Source: Pocillopora damicornis
Lineage: Eukaryota
Length of the DNA: 64,000 bases
Assembly: GCF_003704095.1 (NCBI RefSeq)
Contig: NW_020846105.1
Coordinates: 62,001-126,000 of the forward strand
Direction of reading: 5' to 3'
Shown here: positions 26,001 through 37,701 of the stretch, one piece after another
How the letters are laid out: each line of letters opens with the position of its first letter
Numbering within the stretch: the stretch's first letter is position 1
Notes under the pieces: model-generated
Database searches by the model: none
Seen by the model: the letters and a program-made list of their open reading frames with translations, nothing else
What the model was told of the DNA's origin: nothing
Made by a program: the position numbers and the translations under genes

Positions 26001-29000
26001 TAGTAGCCGTGGTCATTCCCGTGGTGTTGGCCGTCTTGCTTGTTTATATGGGTTCAGCTGTCCTCTTTCATATCACACGGTAAGTATTCACGTTGAAAAG
26101 CATGTCATACCACCAGAAATTTTATTTTGGCTTTTCCTTGATTTCTGAAATATCGAAGCAGATCCGATTAGATGACGTTCTTCGTGTGCTGGAAATCGTT
26201 GGCTTCACAAAACCCTCAGAAGAATTTTTTTCGTCTTGTCACGAGTGTGAGAAAAAGAAATTATATTGAGTCCCTACAAGGACTAAATCAAACATCAGAC
26301 CTTCGGATTCCGCGCTGCGATGCTCTACTACTGAGCCACAGAGACTGTCGTTTTCTTTGTCCCATGCTTATGACAAGACGAAAAACAAATTTCTCTATTT
26401 CTTTACCGCGCTCAAAATTTTATCATTTTTCTAATTCTATTTACAAACAAGACGCTATCAACATAGCTGATCCTAGCAGCGCATGCTGGATGCGTGAACT
26501 TCGTAATGGCCTTGCACGCTATAGAATGTCTGGTAAGGGATGTCATAACTCATGTAAAACTAACAGAACCGTTTGTTCAATTTTAAGGTCAAGGAAAGCA
26601 TCAGCCGTGTCAACTGAAAATCCGAATTATGATAGGTGAGAATCACATATACATTTGCACTGAACATTCAACCACTTAATTTGTAAGGTCATTGGGTGCT
26701 TGTTAAATTAACGTTTCCTACGATTCATGATTATAGTTTTCACTGGGCTGTATTAGATAAAAGGCAACGAACTACTGATTTCAAAACATTTCAATGATAA
26801 ATCACCTTATTATCCAACTACACAAAGTAGAGTACTAATAACGCGCGAATAGAGTACAAACATCCTGCGACATTGTACGATTATTTAGACAGTTGGTTAT
26901 TTTGTACTATAAAAAAACCTGTTTAACCAGTCGGCTGCGCGCTACGCTTCTCTATCCGCTTTGTTTTCCCCGCCCAATGAGAAACGAACAGGAATACTTG
27001 GCAGAAAAGAAAAGCAGTTGGATAGTAATAAATTACTAGACGTTTGGGTGTGTAGTATCGCTAGATATTTCATATTCGTTGTTTGCATTTTGACTCGCTG
27101 TACGGGCTCGCCAAAATACGGCATAACTCGTGAAAATACTCAGCGATACTATACACCAAAACGTCAAATGAGATATATTTACTCTATTACGGTAAAATGT
27201 TGATTACCTCTCTTGAAACCTTAGCTCCATAGAAGGGTAGTCATCTTTCAAAATGAGTACAATAATCTTTTGCGAAACTATCTGGAATAAGTAGTGCAGT
27301 GTAATAATTTTTAGCCTTTTTCAAACAGAATGAATCAACTGATGAACGATTTCTATAATCTGGTCTGTTTCACTATATGATAACTATCAACGTATGACAT
27401 TCCATACTAACAAAACCAAAACCAAAACCCGCATTGATTGATATCGCCGTCATCATCATCATCATCATCATTATTTTCCAAGTGATACATTCGATGACGA
27501 TTATGAATTTGTTAAAATGCACGATGTTAATAACTCATTGGTTTACTTTGCAGCACCTTGGTTACTGCAAACACAAATGAAATTAATGGTTTAGACGGAA
27601 TTGAATTGTACGCCGAAGTTAAAAACCAACACGACGTCGATGATAGTGGGCAACTCTGTTGTGGAAAAGAAAATGAAAACCCTTCGTATGAGCCTGCAAA
27701 ATCACCTGACGCTGCTGTGGTTAACCCCATCTATGAAAGGTTAGTTTTAAGTCGGAGTGAGAGACTAGTCATTATTCATCACCTGGGGAGGGAGGATTTC
27801 TGGAGGATCACATGATTTTAAGGGGAAAGGTGGGGGATCAGTCGTCGCCAACAGAGCAAAAAGGGGAAGGATTATAGAAAATTGACTGACATAACCAAGA
27901 TCCTCCAGCCCTACCTCCCCCCCCCCCTCCCCCCATGATAAATAATGTAAATGATGACCAGTCCCTTAATGATGTTTTTTCCGTTTTTCTCTGAGGGCAT
28001 CCAAACTTGCTGAACAGGTGTAGATTTACTATTTTGAATTTTGATTGACTTCCTATGCTTTTCTATACAACATTTTAATGGCTACTGCCTCCAAAAGGAG
28101 GCGAAGCCCCATGTGTCGTAGAGATGATTAGCTAGTGAGCGAGTGAGTGCAACAGTGGAATTCCGATCTTGACCCAATTTTGACCCGATGTTTCTCCGTG
28201 CTACTTTCACCTTGAGTCATTCAACAGAGTAATGGAACGGGAACGGTGGATAGCGAAATGTCGGAATATCTTGAGACGCGGAATGACGGAATATCTAAAA
28301 CGCTGATGAATTTTTGTCTAAAAGTCTAAAAAAATTAAATGGCAATAAAATAAGAGATCATTCATTAATAACAGACGAAATTAAAAGAAGCATGGGCAAT
28401 CATTGTTGGAGCCCAGAAGATAAGGAACCATAAGGTTTTCGAGCTAGCTCCTTTAAATTATTATAATTTAACTATTGTTATAATTATTGTTATTGTTAAT
28501 ATTATTATTTGTTACCATGCAATTATTGGTTGAGTATCAATTGAATAATATATTCTTGAATCATCTTTCTCTCGTGGAACAGAGTACTCATAAAAATGTG
28601 GAATGCAGCAGGTTTTCTGTTTTGCATGTGTGACAAATCTTCTGCAAGACTGCCTTGTAGTATCATTAGACAACCTCGAGTTCTTTTCAATGCTAAAAAA
28701 GTTGTGCTATATCAGTAGCCACATACAGTCTTTGACTGTCTATTTTTTGCGATGCCACTACGTCTTCAAAATACGTGATAATTCACGAAGTGTTCATGCT
28801 TCAATTTTAGGTGATTTCATACTCCAATTAAGTTATTTACTAAAATCATGAATCAGCTACATTCAAGACAGACAGTTAGAGAAGATGAAATTGTTTTAAA
28901 GAAGAGTTAAGCATTGCATCCTCTTTTCAGACGAGGAGCCTCTTCAAACGTATACATGAGATCCTACTCGGCGTGTTGCGCAAGTACAAACTTACAGCTG

Positions 29001-29612
29001 AAGGCGATACTGCGCCGCAGTAAACGGGAGATCCCCTGAATTACATCATAGTAATTTGCTTATTATCATATCAGAAACAGAATGACGGAGTTTTCAGGAG
29101 ATGACTTGTACAGTGAGGTTAAAGAGCAACAAAATTGTGATGAAGTACCTTGTAGGGAATACGAAAATGAAAACCCGCTTTATGAATCTGCTGCCTCTGA
29201 CGATATCCTAATGGTCAACCCCATTTATGACAGGTTTGTCGTGCGATATTATATGTACGTATATTTTCCATAACCTACAGGAGGATATTGGGATTGGCTA
29301 AGAAGATATTGCTATGATTAGATGTAACATTTTGTAACGCTGAGCACCATTTCAACATACGATAGACTTTCCACTGCTTTCCTCTGGCAATCTGAGCCGA
29401 AAGTAACGTTTCCTCTCAAAACGAGCCAACTCGTGCGAAATTTCAGTGAATAAATCAGTTTAGTAATAGTAGTTCTACGAGTCAGATTAACTCCGCTCTA
29501 CAAATAACGATCGACTCAACTGTATTTTTCTTTAAAATATTCTTTGAAAACGACACAACGACACGATTATTAATTTTCTTCTAATTCTTTACTTTTTCCC
29601 AGCTTCACCTGA
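23086..29612 (+). CDS. ACR-5: signal peptide-ApeC-CUB-stalk-TM receptor with a multi-NPxY tyrosine-motif tail, ~552 aa
   Basis: Exons 23086-23143, 23683-23925 and 24304-24684 (ApeC), 25013-25363 (CUB), 25549-25683 (stalk), 25992-26079 (TM), 26588-26635 (ENPNYD), 27554-27739 (LYAEV, NPSY, NPIY), ~29075-29233 (LYSEV, NPLY, NPIY), 29603-29612 (stop). Phases are consistent and the frame is open. Confidence 0.88.
26220..26525. mobile_element. tRNA-related SINE/MITE-like dispersed repeat
   Basis: Inverted arms ttttcgtcttgtcacgag..aaagaaa / tttctttgtcccatgcttatgacaagacgaaaaa enclose an antisense tRNA-like segment (gaccttcggattccgcgctgcgatgctctactactgagccac). Confidence 0.55.
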
Positions 29613-31213
29613 GTACCGAGCCCCGGAAATTGTGAAAATTGCTCGGGGGTGGCCGCTGATTTGAGGACTGACAGGCAACCGTGCATGTATAACAAATATG
29701 AGTAGCACAGAGAGAGCTGATAATTGAAAAGGAATAGGATTTTAAAAGTTTCTGAGGTCTTCTAGCTTCCAATTTATGCTTTTATTGCGAGAAACTAGGA
29801 TCAGTAAACTTCTTTGTTAATTATCTCCTGAGCAATCTAATTAAACAGGAATTTTCATGCATTATCCTTTGCAAAAAGTAACACCAACACCGAGCATACA
29901 ATGCACTAATAATATGAAGTTAAAATAAATGAATGGGTTAATTAATAAATAAATAAAATAATTAAATTTCTTTTGATATATAACTTTTCGCGATCTTTTC
30001 CGGGGCACCCTACTCTCTGCTAAATAATTTTTCTTCATTTCCTTTCTCTTTCCCTTGATCCCCCGCAGTATGAGACAGATGCGATCAGCACTACACTTCA
30101 GTTGGACGACTTTTTCTGATCTAAGGGAGATATTCGATGACGTTGAAATGCGTCTAAACAACTGCCGGAGTGGACAGATAAGTTTTTTTTTTTATAGATA
30201 CTCTTATCAAAAAAGCAATAGAGACAAAATGCTATGAAAATCAACTGCCTCATTTTTGGTCAGGGTTTGTGAGTTGGCTTAAGCCTGTGAAGATGATAGA
30301 CATCGCCATGAAGTAAGATAGATAAAATAAAAAAATTATTTCTCGAACGTTCCGTAATTACCTTTTTTAAAGCATTTTCACGCGCTGAGTTTCAAATACA
30401 CAATCTTTAGAGACAGCGACTGATAGTGTACGAATACACTGAACGATAAACTAATTTGAATTTCGGTGATGTAAACGAAATAAATTTTGTACAAAATTGG
30501 CACACGACTGGCCAAAGTGATAAATTTAGGCTAGGCCACATATAGATATGCTCGCTTTGACCCTGACCTCAAGTGATTTTGCAGGTCTTTGGCAAGTTCT
30601 AACGTCGGCAGTTTGTCACGAAACATACTCCATGTTCACACAACTAATCATAAATTTTCCTTCAATCTATTCTAGTTGATCATATCTTTGCTTTCTAGGT
30701 ATTTCCGAAGCTAAAACTCGGTGTATAAGTTCGATTGGACAAACATACATGCAAACCAAGAGACAACACATGATATTGCAGCGGAAATATTGGCATATGA
30801 AGCTGTCTTCGAATTCTGTATTAATTTACGTGTAAAGTCATTTACGTCTCTCTCGTGTCATGGGATACAATTTGGCCTCAGTGTGGTTTTGTTTCTTATT
30901 TCCTCTTTAAGCCGGGGGAGCTCTAAATCATGTCGAAAACAGACATAATCGTATGCATGACAGAATCTGCAGCTGTTTTCATTTATCACAGATGAACTTT
31001 CTCAAATCAACAGAGCGCGTATAACTACTGTTAATCCGGGTGGCCATTGTCCTGAGTAGAATCCACGTTAATTAAATCGTATAACCTTCATGCTACGTCA
31101 TACGCGTCATTTCGTATCACATGAAAATTCATAAGATTACAGTAATAATACCAGCAGTACCAAGCAGAAGTGAACACAGACGTACCTTGTAAACAGTACG
31201 AACTTTCAAAACA

Positions 31214-34200
31214 ATGCAGGGAACAAGGGCAACCCGGCTTATTCTGTTGGCAGGTATGTTAATCGACTCAAATCAGAAACACAATCAACACGAATATATT
31301 ACGTGAACTCTATTCAGGTGTAACAAACCTTGTTCTATCGCGTGGTTTAGGTGTTTACAAACAGCATTTACAGGATGTTTAACCTTCCAATTATACAAAA
31401 GATCTTAAATGAAAATGTCCAACCGAGCCTTTAACCCTTTTTTTATTTAGCAGCAGCGAAAATGTTACTTGATTTTGTAGAAATATAAATATGCCTCACA
31501 TATATCTGGCACTTAAAACGAAGGAATTATGACTGTGAATCGAGTAACCCTGCTTTCCCTTGGCAACGAAGAGTTTTCAAACCTCTTCATTATTTGCACT
31601 ATCTTCAACAGAAAGAAATATTCTGTTCAAGCATTTTGTGCACGCTGACGTGTAGAAGCCTTGACGATTTGAACGGTTAGTGACTCCAAGTTACACCGTG
31701 CGTGCACAAAGAGCTATTAGAAAGTAATTAATGTGGGGTAATTGTTGAACACAGGACAATGTACGAAAATAATTAAGTTTACGGCTATGTCATTATCTTT
31801 CTTGCGGAAACCCGTTTCAAAATGTGTACGGAGGAATCGAAGGTAAAAGGGTGAAGTAAGGCAATCAGTTCCTTTTACGCTTACTCTGCCTAAATTTTGT
31901 GCGAGTTTGTGAGTCTCTGTCGCCACTTTGTTTTTCTTGCAATCTTCCTTACATATTTATCAGACTAATTAGATTGACAGACTGTTATTACATGCTATTT
32001 TTTCGCTTGGAAGATAAACATAACCCGGAAACTGATCTTCTGACTGCCAAAACCCTCCGTCGTGACGTAATAAATAGAGAAAGAGCAAGAAATCAGTCTT
32101 TGATTAACCAATAGAACGTAACGGCGAATAACCGCTGAAATATACGTAAACCATATGTATTGTTGTCGATATAGTAACCTTTATGAGATGATGTCAGCCT
32201 GATGAAATCTGAATAACGTACCTTACTATGAGCCCAGTAATGGGCTCCTGACCTTACACATTATTAACCGGCTGGATGTTTTGATAGGAGTGCTCTCCGT
32301 GAAGACGTGGGCAAAAGACGCAGGTGACGCAATAACACATGCTTCTACATGTAAGAACTGTTAAAATCCTTGTTTTGTCGGTAATGAATTTTGTAACAAA
32401 ATTAGAAACAGTCATCAAAGGCAACCAGCACATAATTATGCACAAAATTGAAATATCGCCTGTAGTCATTGTTATGCGTGATGAAAAATCACCACCATAA
32501 AAGACACATTGTTATAATTTTGTTAAGGTAGATAAACGATTTGTACCGATTAATAAAACTGAGAAAACAGAGCATTTTTTTAACATTGTACTCTAGAAAC
32601 AAAGCAAACAAAATTAAATAAAGAGGCTAACTTGAGGTATCTCAAGAAACGTAACCCGACAAGGGCTACGTTTCCTGAAAGCCTGAACTTCTATAATCAA
32701 CAGAACTTCTTTCTTCCTGAAAGCCTGAACTTCTATAATCAACATTAGGAGTCATAATCCCCTGTCCAATCCAGGGCAGGGCAATGAATGTAAGCTCTTT
32801 TTTTTAAATTTTAAGACAATATAGCAAGATCAGGAAATGGGAACGACAAAATATTGTTCGGAGAAAAAACAAAAAACAAAAAAAACCCAATGACTGAACA
32901 CTTTAATGATCGCGTAATCGTGTTTATTGTAGTGCGTTTGGTCCAAGGACGGACTGCAAGAGATGGCCGAGTTGAAGTACGTCGTTCCGGCGCCTGGGGT
33001 TCAGTGTGTGGCGAACAGTGGGACTTGGTGGATGCTAATGTTCTTTGCCGACTGTTGGGCTACAATGAAGCCTTAGCATATTACCAAAATATCACTTTCA
33101 AGCAGAGCAATAATACATTGTGGCTAACTGACGTACAATGCGTTGGAAATGAGAGTTCTCTTTTTCATTGTGTTAACTCTGGCTGGGGAAAACGCACTTG
33201 CAATGAAGGTCTTGCTGCTGGAGCAACGTGTTCTGATAGAAGCTGGGGTGAGTTTTGTTGCTGCTTTTGGTAAGTTGTCAGTATTTTTAGGTCAAATAAT
33301 TATTTTATGTCATAAGAGAAGTCTCCATTTTCTTGACCACGTCACGCTTTTTCTGATTGGCTGAGCGTCGAGTATTTAGAACTACTTGATTGCAGCTGAT
33401 CTTAAAGTGTTCAACAAGTTTGACCCAATACCTGAAAGTATTGATGCTGTAATATACAATTCTAATCAGCATCTTGATTTTTTTTCCTTTTTGTCATAAA
33501 TCAAGGAATGTGGAAAACAATTTGCGCAGTTATCATAATTGATTACAGTGAAGTGTCGAAAGGTGCCGAAAATGTAACCTACACAAATAGACTCTCGTCT
33601 GTTCTCATGTATTCTTGTCACTAAACTACAACAGCGAATTTGTATCTTGCAGGCATCTCGTTAACAATACCACAGTATGTTTCAAGCACACTGGACTCTC
33701 TTACAATAAAGTGCAGCATACCTGACGTGACAGATATAACGTACACAATACAAATATGGTCGAACACAACTGACAAATGGTATGATAGTAAATGCCGCCG
33801 ACGAAGCAATGTAGTTGGATCGTGCGTTGTCAAGGTACCCAAGGCCATAATAACTCTTACTGGTCTGAGCCCCGGGCACATATACTACCTACGACTTGTT
33901 TCTCCTTATCTGGTGTATAGTCAGGTATCGGAGTCAATGGCTACGAAGAAATTAGGTAAGGTTTCGTTTGACTTTCAGTTGAGAAAGTGTGGGGAAAAAA
34001 CCCTCCAAGTAGTCCTATTCCATTCAATACAACCTCAACTCTTCGTAATTTGGTACTCACACATATCGAAAAATACTCAACATCATTAACTAATGGTCAA
34101 ATCTCGCAATCTCCCGCCTCCCAAATCGAATCAGATTTGATTACAGGTGGACACTTTATGTCATCATTATTTGCACTTCGAGTATGTGTATCATGGATTT

Positions 34201-36346
34201 AATTTTTCCCTTCTTGAGGTGATCCGAGTGTACCACGATTTGTCTCAAGCTCCGATAGATCTATCACATTAGTTTGGAAGCCAACTCCCACTGAGTTCAC
34301 AAACTACTCAGTGGAAGCAAAATGCTGCGGAGAAACTACATGGAAAGCGGTGGAATGTGTGGAAAAATTAACTGATACAGGATGTACTGTTAGTAATAAC
34401 ACAGCAACTGTTATTGCTCTCAAGAAAGATCAGGATTATCGTTTCAGGGTGTTGGCGCTATACAAGAGTTGGAAAAGCACACCGAGTGCATCAAGTGAAG
34501 CAATGAGGATAAAATCAAACGGTAATATACTTTTCTTATTATATCAAGAGGGCTAACACTCGACAACAACTTAATTGTAACCTAAACATATCCTCGTGAA
34601 CTCGCTAATTGAACAACTATATTAAGCCAATGTTTATAAGAGATTGATTCCCCATACCTCGTGCGGGAAATTGGATTATTTAAAAGTCCGAAACAGCTTG
34701 TCTCATCACTGAATTGGTGTGTTCTTGACCAGTGATGTTTCATCCTAAAGCAGTTAACAACTGATGAAGCTAATAAAAAGTATAAATGGTTAGAGACGTC
34801 ATAAACTCTGCTGTCATGCACCACCGTAGTTAGAACAGAAAGGCAGGAACGTACTCTGAGGTCGACACCGAATGCATACGACGTGGGAGGGTGTGGTCTC
34901 CTGCCGAGTTTTAGAGTGAGTAACACTATTCAAATTTAGACATATAATTTTTATTGCAAAAGATACTTAAAATTCCTATCATTTAATTTTTTTTTCTGAT
35001 AACAAAGAATGCAAAAATACTCCTGCCCTTTTCTTACAAGGCCCTAAATTGACATTCTCAATGAAACAAGCAAGCCGGCGAACAGTGTATTTGTACGAAA
35101 GTGTCTCATCCCAACGAACAATAAAATTTTCTCAATTAATTTCCGTTTTAGTACTTCTTCTTTTACATTATTTAGCCTCAACGTCATTGTTTTACGTTTT
35201 GTTACCTAGATGATCCGCACAGAATTTGGATTGGTTCCATGAAACAAGAATGTGTAGCTTCGAAAATAGGTGATAAAATAACTTTGTTTTGTCACGCTTC
35301 CGTTGACGAACCGACCAATCACAAATGGACAAAGGGGCAATCTATTCTTAATAGCAGTGGAGATGGAGTTCTAAATGTGACGGTTTCTTCACTTGCTGAC
35401 TTTGGAATATATACGTGTCAAGTAACCACATCAGACGATGTAAAGCAGTACAATATCACTATCTGTCAGATACGGGTACTGAAAGAGGCAGCTACTAAAG
35501 GTAACTGAACCTAGTCTCCCAAAATATACTGAGGTTCACATCAATAAGAGTAGAAACTCAGATGTAACGAAGTGCGGAGAAGTAATACCATGACCTTATC
35601 GCTTGGCAAAGACTAACAGTATAACAGTCAGATTGTCGCCATCAACAATTGATGGCCTGACCTACTATTGATAGTACACTTTCCGTTGGGGTTAAAAATC
35701 ATAGCCCTGATGAAGAAACAGATGACAATTTGTTTCCTTCTAAGTAAAGATGAAACCCTAAGGATCAAGGAAATTTTACTTTCCTCAAACTGAAAGCTTG
35801 TCGTGATTAGTTGGTTTCATGGGCCCTAATGTAGAAAACTTCAAAGTTTTCGTTTCTTCCTATAGAGAAGTGTAAAAACTTCCCACTGACCTCCTTAACG
35901 ATTGTGATAATGCCTTGATCATTGCACTTTTTCTTTTGGTTAAAACTCCCCTCACGACAAGAGGTGTGGGCGTTTTCAGCTATTCTTGAAGTTTCCAAAT
36001 TAAGACAAGATTAGATCGACCAAACATTCTTTCAAGAAGAGACTTCTTAACTTCACGCCCAGTTAAACTAATCTCAATACCTTGCGCTCAAGTTTTTCTT
36101 TAACACCATCGTTTTTTTTCCCTTGCAGATACTAAAAACAGAACAATTATAGCTATAATCACCACTTGTTTTATCTGCTTCGGAATATTTATAATTGTTC
36201 TAATACTCTTAAAAATGGCGCAGATATATCGACGAAGGAAAAAACAGTTGAAGGAAACAAACCGCGAGGAGATGGCCATGCTGAATTACAGACAAAAATC
36301 AGTCAGAAATAACAACGAAGCTGACGAGCTCGACTTTAATAGCTGA
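31214..36346 (+). CDS. SRCR-FN3-FN3-Ig-TM type I membrane receptor (~490 aa)
   Basis: Putative first exon 31214-31253 (MQGTRATRLILLA). SRCR 32933-33247 (VRLVQG..GRVEV..WGSVC..W..ANVLCRLLGY..WLTDVQCVGNESSLFHC..AGATC, 6 Cys, group A). FN3-like 33653-33955 (..LTGLSPGHIYYLRL) and 34219-34521 (SITLVWKP..LKKDQDYRFRVLA). Ig 35210-35500 (ITLFC..WTK..DFGIYTC). TM plus tail 36129-36346. Confidence 0.85.
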
Positions 36347-37701
36347 GCTCCTACAAGTTACTAATGTAAATACGTTAACCACAGTTGATGGAATGACCGC
36401 CGTTTCTGCAAATTTTCGCGCTGCTGAAAAGTAGATGGTGTTAATCGTACATTTTACACTCTATAGATATTATCTCGTCTGCACTTTGAGGTTATTGAAG
36501 GAGCCAATGACACTAAAACTTGTGCTAAGTGCAAACGAGCGAAAAGGCGGGCGCGCGAAAAAACGGCGAGTATCAGACAAAGTAAAAACTGCATCCCGCA
36601 TGCGCTGTTTGTCGCTTGTCCTCTCTTTCGTTCGGCCGCTAACAGGTTGGCGGAACTAAGAAAATTTTGTCGGCTGCCATTTTTCTTCCTTCAACTGGCT
36701 AGCGAAAATGGTTTTGGTAAAATTAAGTACTGTGTACGTCCATGTTTAACCTCGTTTCATGAATAGAACTGGTATTTCTTTTGTTCTCTGTCAGATACGT
36801 TATTCACCACAGTGTTCTTAAACACACATAGGCTTAAAAGTTATCAGTAGCGTACATGTGGTTCTTTTGCCCCATATGATCAGATCAAACCAGCCCCTAT
36901 TAAAATTAACGATTGCCTAAATTTTACTTCTTAGAACAGAGAATGCGCTTTAGTATAATGCTTTACACCATTGGGAAACAAAGATAGCAACTAACTGATG
37001 ACTACATTGATTTTACCTCGGAGAGGCAACGCTCCACCAACGAGAGATTAAAAATTGTCTTTAAATAGCTTTGATGGTGTTTTCTAAGTACAGTTTCATA
37101 AGTTATCGGTGTCCTCGCGGTTTATTTTATTTATTCATTTATTTATTTATTTATGTCTCTTTGTTGGTGGTCCGTGACATGGATTACATTTTTCGTCCCA
37201 GAAATTAAGGAAATAATTGGGTTTTGATAAAGTCTGTATTTATGTTTCTTATCCCCCTTCTGCTTTCGCAATAGCATCATCAAAACCCTTCAAGAGTACG
37301 TGCATGTGTTCATATATACAAGTAAGTCGTGTCAAAGATGACATTTCCACAGTTTCAAAGAAGCAAAAAGAATAAAATCTAGGTGTGAGCTATATGTGGT
37401 CGTTTGTGCGTGAAGAAATATTTTAAGTGCCTAGCATAGCGTGACAGACAGATTCGACCAAGTCACTATTTTCTTGATACCAGCAAATGCTTTTGAGGTT
37501 AATTTTTTTTAGAGAATATGAATACTCTACTAGAGTGCGACGGGTACTGAAAGGTTGTCTATTGGCTTGCTAGTAATGACGTATGTCAAAAGGATGACGT
37601 GACTGGCTTCCATAAATAAAATGTTAATGATTACTAAGCCTCTCTTCGATTTAATGAGAAAATCCATTTGCACTCAGACTTTGCTTAGCTAGTACTGCAG
37701 A

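Noticed and set aside
32672-32743. Short ~31-bp direct repeat
   Set aside because: A local intronic duplication with two units and no spacer array structure.
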